Below, one piece after another: positions 13,716 through 27,447 of a DNA stretch of 64,000 bases (the first letter of the stretch is position 1; every line of letters begins with the position of its first letter). Position numbers and translations under genes: made by a program. Source of the DNA: Eledone cirrhosa (taxonomy: Eukaryota); the NCBI GenBank assembly GCA_964016885.1, contig OZ024761.1:20026001-20090000 (forward strand). Reading direction: 5' to 3'. Under the pieces are notes generated by a model. It searched no databases, was not told where the DNA came from, and saw only the letters and a list, made by a program, of their open reading frames with translations.

Positions 13716-14546
13716 TTATATATATATATAATAATAATAATAAAATGTGGAGAGGAAGCACACGAGTTAGGATATATATATATATATGAAAACGGAGAAA
13801 GAGACGATTATTAGGAAGAAAAATATATTTTTTTCCCTTTTTATTTATTTCTCTCTTTTTTTCTGGGTTAGAAAATGATTAAAACTAAATATTTTACTTT
13901 GTGTGAAGTGTTAAGGTATTAGTTGATTTATTTATTAATTAACAATGGCATTTATTTATTTATTTATATATTTAATAATTGTCTATTACCGGTTTCAGCA
14001 TTTTTATGCATTATCAAATGATAGTGATATGTATTGGTGTAGAATGGTGGTGTTGGACATGTTAAAGAAATTGGTGCAGAAAGAATAATGTTATTTACAA
14101 ACAAGGTTTATGAAGTGAAAAGAAAAAAGAAAAAAAAAAGGGAACGTAACGTGGAGCATAAAAAGTCAATGTGAAAGAAAAAATAATGTTATTTACAGGC
14201 ATAGTTCTTGAAGTTAAGCAGATCAAAATGTGTTAATATAGCAAGAGTGCTTAGTTCATCCATGATGGAGGCAAATGGTGGACTCAGTCCACCATTTGCC
14301 TCCATCATGGATCAACTAATTCCGAGTCATGCTGGCAAGCGCTCCAATGGCTAAAAAACTATATATATAGTAATAATAATAAATTTGAAGACTAAAATCC
14401 AAAGAGGACTCGATAAGGATAAATATATATCAAATATATAAGAACCGTAGAGCAAATATTTATTAAAATAACAGATTAAAGTTTAAGCAAAGAATCGTAA
14501 GGGTGAAAGCAGCGATTCTTTCCTTAAACTTTAATCTGTTATTTTA

Positions 14547-14592
<46 letters not shown>

Positions 14593-14666
14593 TTATTGTA
14601 GCACAATAAAGCAATGCAAATATCGGATAATATTGGAACTCTTTTAACCATCTTTTGATCTTATAT

Positions 14667-14701
<35 letters not shown>

Positions 14702-14859
14702 AGGGAGTGTAACGTGAAATTACAGTAGGTTCACCCAGGTGAGCACTCGATGGTTAGGCCCACGTGGTTCCAGAGTCGGGCCAGATCGATGCAGATCGAA
14801 CCTTCAGCTGATCAATAGCGAAACGCGCGTCACAAATCAATAAAAGTAATGAAGGCTTT

Positions 14860-15270
14860 CCACATCTCAAGCTGTGGCACGCCGCCCAGGCTTTGCTCTT
14901 CCTCTCAACCACACCATCTTCTGTATTCCCAATATTTGCTCCCAAATACAGAAAGTCGTCAACCAATTCTAGCGGTTTTCCGTCTACATTAGTAATCTTC
15001 TCTGGCCTCTTAATATCCTCTACCAGATACTTCGTCTTAATCTCATTCATTCTCAGCCCCACACTCATCAACACAGTCTCCACCTCCTGCATCAAATCCT
15101 GTATGGACACACTGGAAGAGGAAGATCAAGGTTAACATATGTTGATGCCCTAAGGACAGACACTGGTCTGTTGGAGACGCAGGACATGGCAGCAATAATG
15201 ACGTACAGAGACCGGTGGAGAGAACTCGTCCATGGATCTCGGGAATCTTACCCGCCCTAGAAAGATAGAT
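14860..15270 (+). mobile_element. Second copy of the same RTE-like LINE, also 5'-inverted
   Basis: 14860-15100 on - encodes GLRMNEIKTKYL..LELVDDFLYLG (RT C-terminal motifs). 15101-15260 on + matches 8522-8681. Confidence 0.85.
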
Positions 15271-15460
15271 AGATATATATATATGAAACATGCAAGTATT
15301 TAAATACGGTCATATTATGAGACCTTTGAACATAATGCCCCCCCCCCCCCGAATATGATAAATTCTTTCCTAACCTGGTTGCTAAGGAACGATGTGTGAG
15401 GGTCGGGACCTGAATCACACATCTCTCACCCCACATACTTTTCAATGGTAAGATAAGAAT

Positions 15461-15600
15461 GTGGTGGTGGTGGTGGTGGTAATGGTGGTGGTGGTGGTGG
15501 TAGTGGTGGTGATGGTAGTGGTGGTGATGGTAGTAGTGATGGTAGTGGTGGTGGTGATGGTAGTGGTGGTGGTGGTGATGGTGATGGTGGTGGTGATTAT
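15461..15600. repeat. (GTG/GTA/ATG)n trinucleotide repeat
   Basis: Visible directly. Confidence 0.95.
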
Positions 15601-15643
15601 GATAGCAACAATGCCAAAAGATTTTTTAAATATGTATGCGTGT

Positions 15644-15691
<48 letters not shown>

Positions 15692-15993
15692 ATGTGTGTG
15701 TTTTAGTATTTCCGTAGAAAAGGTAAAAGAAAGAAGAGTGCTCTATATATAGTACAGAGCTATTTAATTACATGATAGATATCTGATAATTTCATCTGAT
15801 AAACGAGCCGAACGTTTCTGTAAGGATCGTCTAGTTTCCTGAAACCTTTGGTAATGGAATAATTATATTGTGTTGTTTATTATGTAATTAAATAATTATA
15901 AAATATATACGTATATATAAACACACGCATGTAAATGTGTGTGAGTGTATATACACACACACACATATATATATATGTATATATATATACATA

Positions 15994-16041
<48 letters not shown>

Positions 16042-17328
16042 TAACAGATTAAAGTTTAAACAAAGAATCGCTGCTTTCACTCACACATACATACACATAC
16101 TGACACACATATACACACACACAGATACACACACTGACACACATACAATCGAATAAACGAATGTGCTAAGCTGAAACGAGAAAAACTACACAAAAACCAA
16201 ACCAAATTATGTCAACAGAGCGCCTCTAACCATTACTCTCTTCTTTCCTCTCATTTATAACATTTATAGTTCTTTCAAATATTGCTTCTTATTTTCTCTC
16301 TGTCTGACTAATGTATTGCTATATCAACAGCGATAAAGACGCCAACAGTTACTATGGGAATAAAAGTTATACAATAATGGAAAATATTTAAATAAAAAGG
16401 ATAAAAATAAAATTAAAAAACGAAACATAGTGGGTGGGATGAGCTCTGGTTGTCTAGGAAAGTAAAGGAAAGAATTATAAATGCTACAAATGAGAGGAAA
16501 AGGAGAGAAGAGCAAGGATTATTAAGCAGCAGAAGGGAGAAAGTAAGGGGATCACAGACTCTACACTTAGGCCTGAGTCGTGTTTCATCTGCACCAGCAG
16601 ACGACAATATTAGAAAGACAACAATAAATAAATATTATAGTCCTGTTGGTCTTCCATAGAAATCTTATGCTAATTTATTTATTTATTTATTTATATTTTC
16701 TTCTACTTTTGATCTGTCATTTCTGCTGATTCTTCTTATCAAGGGCAGATAACTTGACATGACGCATGTTTATTATATATATGTGTGTGTATACATATAT
16801 TTATATATATATATGTATATATATATAAATAAATCTATATAAAGATAGATATAAAGATAGATAGATATAGATGTGTGTGTGGTATGTATAAATCAAGGGC
16901 AGATAACTGGACAGGCCACATGTTTATTATCATTACATTATTATATTATTATCATTACTATTATTATTATCGGCTGCTCCTCGTTATATGTGGCATGTCT
17001 GAAAACAGGGGCAGATAACTGGTGAAGACGCATGTTTATTATGTTAGTTTCAATTACACATGACAACCGTTCTTTGTGGTTTAACCAAGACGGAGGACTG
17101 CGGGGAAACCTTAGCAAAAATGTTACATATTCACTGTAAGTATTAACACACGTTATATATGCCATATTATATACATTATGTATTGCGTAGTTTTTTTTAT
17201 TGATAAATCATTTATTATTATTGATATTATGTTTGTGTTTTTTAATTAGTGACACAAAGCTAAAAGAAAAGAGAAGTTATTTATCAAAAGAAACGTCGTT
17301 TAATATAAGAAAATGTTAATATATATAC

Positions 17329-17329
<1 letters not shown>

Positions 17330-17359
<30 letters not shown>

Positions 17360-17437
17360 TGTATGTATGTATGTATGTATGTATGTATGTATGTATGTAT
17401 GTATGTATGTATGTATGTATGTATGTATGTATGTATG
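17330..17437. repeat. (TATG)n microsatellite
   Basis: Visible directly. Confidence 0.97.
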
Positions 17438-18022
17438 TTTTATATATATATGTATGTATGTTTTTATATATATATTTATATGTATGTATTTATACATATT
17501 TATATATAAACAGCGCAAAGGCCGGTTGATATTGCTGGCGTTTTGGTGTTTTTGAGAAGAAGATAGGGAAAAAAGATTAAAGTCTAGTTATTTGTATACA
17601 TATATATACATATGTGTATATATATATATATATATGTGTGTATGTGTATAGAGGGAGAGACGGGTGGAGTAGATACGTGTGTGGGGGAGGTATTCGTGTA
17701 TATATTGTGTGTAGGGGAGGGGGACTATTTGAATATCGATACGTCGATGATTAAAAAGAGCCAAATATGTAATATATATATATATATAATGTGTGTGTGT
17801 GTGTATATTTATATGAAGTATGTGTGTGGGTGGTGGTGAGCTATTTGACTATCGATATATCGATGATTTAAAAGAGCCAAATAGATGATTGATAAGTGTG
17901 TTTGTGTTTTTTACTCATCGATAAGGAATTAATTGTTTAATTGTAAAGTGGAGTTTCTTTTAAATTTAAATATTCTAATAAATAGAAATGAAACTGTGGA
18001 TTCTCAGAGCCACATACACATC

Positions 18023-18064
<42 letters not shown>

Positions 18065-18323
18065 TCTATCTCTCTCTGTCTATTGTCCACTCTATATCTA
18101 TTTATATATACCCATACACCTTTATATATATATAAATCGTGTTGCAGCCATCATCATATATATATGTATATATATATATATATATAAGTGTTAAACGATA
18201 TTCAATGATTATGTCAAAGAATGAGTTTTACAATAGATTGGAAGCACTCTACGTAAAAATAATTTTCCGGAGTTAATATTAAAATATAAATATTAATAAA
18301 ATAGATGTTCTTTTGATCAATTA

Positions 18324-18378
18324 CATTTTATTATACATATTTCGGATGTACAACAGTACGTCCTCATCAGACAAAATA
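18324..18378 (-). ncRNA. Minimal type I hammerhead motif (family H2)
   Basis: Reverse complement reads TATTTTGT-CTGATGA-GGACGTAC-TGTT-GTACATCC-GAAA-TATGTA-TA-ATAAAATG. Confidence 0.72.
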
Positions 18379-18438
18379 TAATGATACATGACATACCCTG
18401 AGATGTTAAATGGTTAAGATTTAATCAAGTGGACGTAG

Positions 18439-18482
<44 letters not shown>

Positions 18483-18484
18483 TT

Positions 18485-18553
<69 letters not shown>

Positions 18554-18784
18554 CGTGGAAGATAGACGTTAAACGATGATGATGATATATATATATATAT
18601 TATATATATACAGTGGACATGAGAGGAGAAGCTTTGCTTTGCTCTCATTCCGTCAGTCGAGGTTTTTGTTTTTGGTCAATTAATTCTTCCTCTCAGAAAA
18701 ATGGATTCACATTTATTTTGATGTTGTTCGGAGCTGCTGGATTCCTCCGAATCCCAGACTGTTCCATTCCACTATAGATATGTT

Positions 18785-19290
<506 letters not shown>

Positions 19291-19834
19291 AAGGTGATTG
19301 TTATATTTGAAAGATTGATTGATCGACGACGGATACTCGGTTGTCGTCGATCCTACATTACACTGCTATCTCTCATTCTCTCTCTCTCTCTTTCTTTGTC
19401 TCTCTCACTATCTCTCTCTCTCTCACTCTCTCTTTCTGTTTCGATCTCTCTTTGTTTTTCTGTTTCTCTCTTCCTTTCATTCCTTCTTTATTTATAATCT
19501 CCCTCTCCCCCTTCCCCCCTCAACACGCCCTCTCTCCCTCTCCCACCACCCTCTCATCACTCCCCACAGCAACCCCCCCTCTCACTACTTCCCCTCCCAC
19601 CTCGCTCTCCCACCTCACTCTCACCACACCCTCCTTCTCACCACTTTCCCCCCCTCCCACCTTACTCTCACCCCCCTCACCACTTCCCCTCTCTATCCCC
19701 CCTCCTACCTCACTCTCCTCCCCTCTCTACACCAGACACAGCAGTTCTCCCATTATTTGTTATTGTAATACTAAATCGATAACATGTCTCTTTTATTTAG
19801 TTTTCCGTAGATCTCTATTCCAACACACACACAC

Positions 19835-19886
<52 letters not shown>

Positions 19887-20228
19887 GTATATATATACAC
19901 ACATGTATATATATATATACACACACATGTATATATATATATATACGCATATATATGTATGTGTGTGTGTATAATCCAACTATATATATATATACACACA
20001 CTTATACACACATATATATGTGTCTGTATAATCTAAATATGTATATCATCATCATCATATATATGTATATATATATATATATATCTGTTTGTGTGTGTGT
20101 GTGTGTATAATGCAACAATATAAAACAGTTTTTTTTCTTTTTTTCGAAAAATCAAATATTTACATTGGGAATGGCCAAAGGACCTTACGTAATCGATAGT
20201 TTTTATTTAAAGATTGACGTGATTGATA

Positions 20229-20268
<40 letters not shown>

Positions 20269-20322
20269 TTTCATAATTTATATTCCTTATTCTAATATAT
20301 TCATCATTGTGGTTTTTCAGTT

Positions 20323-20363
<41 letters not shown>

Positions 20364-20441
20364 CATAGACACACACACATAGACACACACACACAGACAC
20401 ACACACACAGACATACACACACACATATATATATATATATA

Positions 20442-20593
20442 TGCCATAGACTTCCTCTATTAGTCTTGGTGCTGTATCGAAGAAAAGAACAGCGATAGAT
20501 GTGTGTGTATATATATATATATATATATACACACATGTATCGCTGTTCTTTTCTTCGATACAGCACCAAGACTAATAGAGGAAGTCTATGGCA
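20442..20593. repeat. About 55-bp perfect inverted repeat around a (TG)(TA)n(CA) core
   Basis: tgccatagacttcctctattagtcttggtgctgtatcgaagaaaagaacagcgata and its exact reverse complement. Confidence 0.9.
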
Positions 20594-20916
20594 AACGATG
20601 TCAGTTTGTGTTGTGAGAGGAGAGAGAGCATGAGAGCTGTATATACATATGTAACATATATATGTATATGTATAACATATATGTATATATAACGTATATA
20701 CAACTGGTTGTATAGTGATTGTGTGATGAGAGACGACAGCACAATAGCATACACACATACATACATACATACATACATTGAAACATACTTATATACATAC
20801 ATACTGTGGAACATACATAGAATCATATATTGAAACACATCTGGGTTTATTAAATATGTCATGTATGTGTGTGTGTTAAGTATTTCCGTAGAAAATGTAG
20901 AGGAAATTGTGTTTAT

Positions 20917-20948
<32 letters not shown>

Positions 20949-21585
20949 TTGATAGATGATGAGAGAAGACAGCTCAATAATTGTTTCTACTTTTGGCACA
21001 AGGCCAGCAATTATTCCAGTGTATTACTGGTACTTTATTTTATCGACCCCGTAAGGATGAACGGCAAAGTTAACCTCGGCGGGATTTGAACTCAGTCCGT
21101 AAAGGGACGTAATTGTGCTGCAAAGCATGGCGTCCGACCCTCTACCGACACTGCCAAGAGAAGACAGTTCAATAATATACATACATCAGGGATTATTTAT
21201 GTTAAAAATAGAAGTCTTTTATAGATAGATATAGAAGCGACCAAGCGGAAACTTTGAAGTCACTGGCAGTTTTCTATACAGAAAATATATTTCTACACTA
21301 CACACTAATAATAATTGTTTCATTTACTGGCCACAAGGGCTGACATGTACAATAGCAAAACTATTAATAATAATAATATTTCTACTTTTGGCACAAGACC
21401 TGCAATTACCCCAGTGCATTACTGGTGCTTTATTTCATCGACCCCGTAAGGATGAAAGACAAGGTTAACCTCGGCGGATTTGAACTCAGAACGTAAAGGG
21501 TCATAACTCTATGCTGCAAAGCATGGTATCTGATGCTCTACCGATACTGCTAATAAGTGCCCGTTCTGTTAATGTTTGAATTGTT

Positions 21586-21636
<51 letters not shown>

Positions 21637-21684
21637 TCTCTCTCTCTCTCGATATGATGATGATGATCATATAATATGGTGGGA

Positions 21685-22455
21685 TATATCATCATCATCA
21701 TTTTACGTCCGCTTTTTCCTGCTTGCAAGAGTGGGATGGGTCCTATTCAGCACAGCATCTCTCCACTTGTCACGGTCCTTCGTCATCTCCACTGTGAGCT
21801 TCAGCGATCTGAGGTCTGCTCTCACCACCTCCGCCCATGTTTTTCGTGGTCTTCCTTCTACTGGCATTTCTTGGCACTTCTTTACCCAACGGTCATCCTC
21901 CATGCGCATCACATGTCCATACCATCTCAGTCTTCTCTCCCGCACAGTACAACTTATCCCTCTCAACACATCCATGCTGGGTCGCTCACGTACATTGACA
22001 TTGCACATCCAACGGAGCATGCTTGCTTCATTTCTCTCCAGCCATCGCATATCCTCTGCAGTTGCTGCCCATGTCTCATTACAATGCAGCGAGAAACCCT
22101 TCTTCGTCAGCAGAGGAAGCAGCTCCCGAAACTTCTTCCAACCCGTCCTTATTCTTGATGCTATGGCCTCGGAACCCCCCCCCCCCCTCCCATGCTAATC
22201 TGATCACCTAGGTACCGGAAGCTATCAACCGCTTGCATTTGAAAAATGCGACTTCTACTGTCAGATTTCCCTGTACATCTACTGCATACGTATTTCTCCC
22301 TGCCTGTTAGTTTGCCTGCTATCCCACTACATCCCTTGTTTATCCAGGATCTGCATTGTGTACATTTTATAGAATTTATGCCAGTTCCTTTTCTGCATAT
22401 CGAACATGGCCATTTCCCTGATGGAATCAGAGTTTTGTCCTCTTTTCTACTTATC
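21685..22455 (-). mobile_element. RTE-clade LINE 3' fragment, frameshifted, with (GAT)n tail
   Basis: GKWPCSICRKG..IKCTQCRSW..CSGI, VDSFRYLGDQI, LERNEASMLRWMCNV..RERRLRWYGHVMRM..GRPRKTW. Confidence 0.88.
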
Positions 22456-22504
22456 AACAACAACATATATAATGTGGTGGGATATATATATATGCGTGTG
22501 TGTG

Positions 22505-22536
<32 letters not shown>

Positions 22537-23280
22537 TATGTATATATATGTGTATATATATTATATTATATTTAGTTTATATATTATATATTATATATTC
22601 CCTTGCAAGCAGGGAAAAGCGGACGTAAAATGATGATGATGATGATATGGACTTTCAAACTAATCGAATTAACTTACATTCTACCTAACTAAATTGACTT
22701 AATGAGAGTCGTATACTTCTATCTAAACCCTTGTCAATAATTAAAAGCAATATACAAATTAGAAATCTTAATCCATCTTTAATTACCATGCATTAATATC
22801 TCCCAACCTGGGATAGATCTTTAGCATTAACATTTTATTTTTATGTTACTCAATAATTTTCTTTATCTTACCCAATAATTCTGCCAAAGTTAGAGTTACA
22901 ATTCACCTGTAATATGTCTTAGGAATTAACCCAAACAACTTATACAGTTAGCACAAGATTCTTCTTATATCCGAGCTCCATTATTAATCCGAATATATAT
23001 ATATGTCAACATGAATGGACCTGTTATTTTTATCTAAAGACATTTTTTCCAATTCCATCCCGCCCGTCTCCTCAATCTATTTTATTTCTCATTCTTTCTT
23101 CTGATGAAGGACTAGCATCCGAAGCGTTAAGACCCTCTTCCTGCTATATCAAGCGTTAACCTAATATATCCCTTCCATATACTGTACCGATTGTGTTGCT
23201 ATTTCTGTTTACCTTTTACATATATATATATATATATACGATATATTAACAAATGGAAACTATATTTATAAAACCATATT

Positions 23281-23345
23281 TATTTCATTATACATATTTC
23301 AAGGACACCAAGTTAAATTATGGTGTGCTTTCATCAGATAAAATA
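23281..23345 (-). ncRNA. Minimal type I hammerhead motif (H1-related)
   Basis: Reverse complement reads TATTTTAT-CTGATGA-AAGCACACCA..TGGTGTCCTT-GAAA-TATGTA-TA-ATGAAATA. Confidence 0.7.
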
Positions 23346-23699
23346 TAATATAGATCAGTTTTATAAATAAATATTGACATACCCTTAAAGAATGCGACCA
23401 TTTCTGTTGGAAGCTTCCAACAGAAATGGTTGCATTTCCACACTGTAAACGTGGTTGGTGTTAGGAAGGGCATCCAGTCGTAGAAAACCCGCCAGACAGT
23501 CCTATATGAGCAGGATAACCAATCTTGCCTCAAGTGGGAAAACTCCCGTCCAACCCATGCAAGCGTGGAAGATGGACGTTAAACGATGATGATGATGATA
23601 TATAAATATATATATATGAATATATATATATATACATATATATATACATATATATAGATACATATATATGTATGAATATATAGATATAGATCTGTTTAT

Positions 23700-23905
23700 C
23701 CTGGGTTCAATCGGGGGTAACCACAGTAAGTAAGGTACTCAATACATAGCTAAAGTATAAATATTTAGTATAGAAATGGCTTCTACAGGACTAGAATTGT
23801 TTCATTTGGAGGACATCATTAGGAAAGCCGACAGTCAATGTAATATGAAAATGTATAAATACCACCATATTACGTTGACAGTCCGCTTTTCTGATGATTT
23901 CCTCC
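23700..23905 (-). mobile_element. Penelope-like H3 fragment with inverted arm
   Basis: Reverse complement GGCTTTC-CTAATGA..GAAAC..CTGTA-GAAGCC shows the native stem I. An inverted arm carries CTGATGA at 23891. Confidence 0.55.
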
Positions 23906-24184
23906 AATAGGTATAAATATAAATTGCCGTCTAAAGCCATGCTAGCGTGGAAGATAGACGTTAAACGATGATGATGATGATGCTGATGATTTAAATATAT
24001 ATATATATATGCATATATATATATTTATTAAAATAACAGATTAAAGTTTAAGCAAAGAATTGCTGCTTTCACCCTTAACGGCAATTTCTGAAAAATTTGA
24101 TATATATATTTATCCTTATCAAGCCCTCTTTGGATTTTAGTCTTCACATTTATTATTATTACTATATATATATATAGAGAGATA

Positions 24185-24540
24185 TGTTTCTTTATTAGCC
24201 ACAGGGGCACAAGTGAAGGGGACAAATACAAAGGGGGAAGTTTACATACAATAAAAACGTGTAAAATGTTATCACAAATGCAATTTAAAAAGTTAGTCGA
24301 TTTTCCCCAATAGGGGGAGACAGTTCATATGGGTAACACATACCCCCGAAAAAATGTGCAACCCTCAACTCCAGGAGTACGAAGAGTTTGTACTCCTTTC
24401 CTCTCCTCCTCCTTTTCCTCAACCTACAGGCTGATATAGAGAGAAGGCCCATTCACTCGGGCCATTCTCGCCACTTTCACCCACCTTTCATAAAATTTGC
24501 TGGGGTGCAGCACCTCTCTCCATCCTGATTCTTCTTCCAA
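24185..24540 (-). mobile_element. Related L1/Tx1-like 3' fragment
   Basis: SKFYERWVKVARMARVNGPSL and a 3' end cctgtggctaataaagaaa. Confidence 0.72.
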
Positions 24541-24571
24541 AGTATATATATATATATATAGATATATATAT

Positions 24572-24907
24572 ATCATCACCATCATTTTACGTCCGCTTTT
24601 TCCTGCTTGCACGGGTGGGACGGGAACTGATTCTGGCTTGATTTCTACAGCTGGATGCCCTTTCTAACACCAACCTCATTTACAGTGAGTGCTGGGTGCT
24701 TTTTTGCCGTGGCACCTCCACGACCACTTTGCAGTGGAATGATAGGGACCCCAGTCCCTATCATCTCATTTCTACAGCTGAGTAAACTGGAGCAATGTGA
24801 AATAAAGTGTCTTGCTCAAGGAAACAACACATCACTCGGTCTGAGAATTGAACTCACAACCTTTCGATTGCAAGGCCAATGCTCTAACCACTAAGCCCTG
24901 TGCCTCC
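24572..24907 (-). mobile_element. tRNA-derived SINE with RTE-type tail, copy 1
   Basis: Near-identical reverse complement of 25063-25397. Confidence 0.85.
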
Positions 24908-24958
24908 ATATATATATATATACATCATCATCGGATTTAACCAGCAAAGTAGTGGGAA

Positions 24959-25487
<529 letters not shown>

Positions 25488-25499
25488 GAGAGAACAACA

Positions 25500-27330
25500 G
25501 TGGTGTAAAACTGACTTGTTCAAAGGAAACAGTAGAGTATATACAACATTTAATGTAAAAATGGCTTCTACGGGACTAAAACTGACTTATTCAAAGGAAA
25601 TAGTAGAGTATATACAATATTTAATATAGAAATGACTTCTAGAAGGCTAGAACTATCTTATTCGAAGTAAATAGTAGAGTATATACAATATTTCCCATCG
25701 GAATGGCTTCTACATGTCTAATATTAACTTATTCGAAGGAAATAGTGGAAAATATACAATATTTCATGTAGAAATGGCTGCTACATGTCTAAAACTGTCT
25801 CTTTCGAAGGAAATACTAGGGTATATACCATATTTCATATAGAAATGGCTTCTAGAGGGCTAGAACTGTCTCATTCGAAGGAAATATTAAAGTATATACA
25901 ACATTTCATATAGAAATGACCCCTAGAGGGTTAGAACTGTCTTATTTGAAGGAAATAGTATGGTATGTACAATATTTAATATAGATATGGCTGCTACAGG
26001 TCTAAAACTGACTTATTGCAAGGAAACAGTAGATTATATACAGCATTTAATGTGGAAAGGGCTGCAATAGGTGTAAAACTGTTTCATTCGAAGCAAATAG
26101 TAGAGTATATACAATATTTCATGTAAAAATGGCTTCTACAGGACTAAAACTGTCTCATACAAAGGAAATACTGGAGTATATACCATATTTCATATAGAAA
26201 TGGTTTCTAGAGGCCTAGAAATGTTTTATTCAAAGGAAATATTAAAGTATATACAATATTTCATATATAAATGGCTGTTACAGGTCTAAAACTGTCTTAT
26301 TCGAAGGAAACAGTAGAGTATATACAACATGTAATGTAAAAATGGCTTCTACAGGACTAAAACTGACTTATTCAAAGGAAATAGTAGAGTATATACAATG
26401 TTTAATATAGAAATGACTTTTAGAGGGCTAGAACTATCTTATTTGAAGCAAATAGTAGAGTATATACAATATTTCATGTAGAAATGGCTGCTAAAGGACT
26501 GAAAGTGTCTCATTCGAATGAAATAGTAGAGTACATGCAATAATTCATACAGAAATGGCTTCTAGAGGGCTAAAACTGTCTTATTTGAAGGAAATAGTAG
26601 AGTATATACAATATTTCCTATCGGAATGGCTTCTATATGTCTAAAATTAACTTATTTGAAGGAAATAGTGGAAAATATACAATATTTCATGTAGAAATGG
26701 CTGCTACATGTTTAAAACTGTCTCATTCGAAGAAAATACTAGAGCCTATACCATTTTTCATATATAAATGGCTTCTAGGGGCCTAGAACTGTCTCATTCG
26801 AAGGAAATATTAAAGTATATACAACATTTCATATAGAAATGACCCATAGAGGGCTAGAACTGTCTTATTCAAAGGAAATAGTTTGGTATGTACAATATTT
26901 AATATAGAAATGGCTGCTACAGGTCTAAAACTGACTTATTGCAAGGAAATAGTAGAGTACATACCATATTTCAGGTAAAAATGGCTTCTACTGGACTAAA
27001 ACTTTCTCATTCGAAGGAAATATTAAAGTATACACAACATTTCATATAGAAATGACCTCTAGAGGGCTAGAACTGTCTTATCAAAGGAAATAGTAGAGTA
27101 TATGCAATATTTCATATAGAAATTGCTGCTACAGGTCTAAAACTGACTTATTCGAAGGAAACAGTAGAGTATATACAACATTTAATGTAAAAATGGCTTC
27201 TACAGGACTAAAACTGACTTATTCAAAGGAAATAGTAGAGTATATACAATATTAAATATAGAAATGACTTCTAGAGTGCTAGAACTATCTTATTCGAAGT
27301 AAATAGTAGAGTATATACAATATTTCATGT
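25500..27330. repeat. 71-bp satellite, about 26 diverged copies
   Basis: Unit like aaatggcttctacaggactaaaactgacttattcgaaggaaatagtagagtatatacaatatttcatatag. Equivalent positions recur at 25561, 25632, 25703 and 25774. Confidence 0.95.
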
Positions 27331-27399
27331 ACTTATACCAAACAAGCCCCATGGACTGAGTCCTCTACTACTACGAATATAACACACCAGTGTTCTACC

Positions 27400-27447
<48 letters not shown>

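Noticed and set aside
14780-14840. Hammerhead-like GAAACGCGCGTC, with a related fragment at 52140-52340
   Set aside because: The stem III half is typical, but no correctly placed CUGANGA with stem I could be established, so it is treated only as a relic.
19319-20036. Pro/Ser/Leu/His-rich ORFs
   Set aside because: A polypyrimidine low-complexity tract plus microsatellite.
25500-27330. CRISPR-like periodic array
   Set aside because: The whole 71-bp unit repeats with no unique spacers, there are no cas genes, and the context is eukaryotic.
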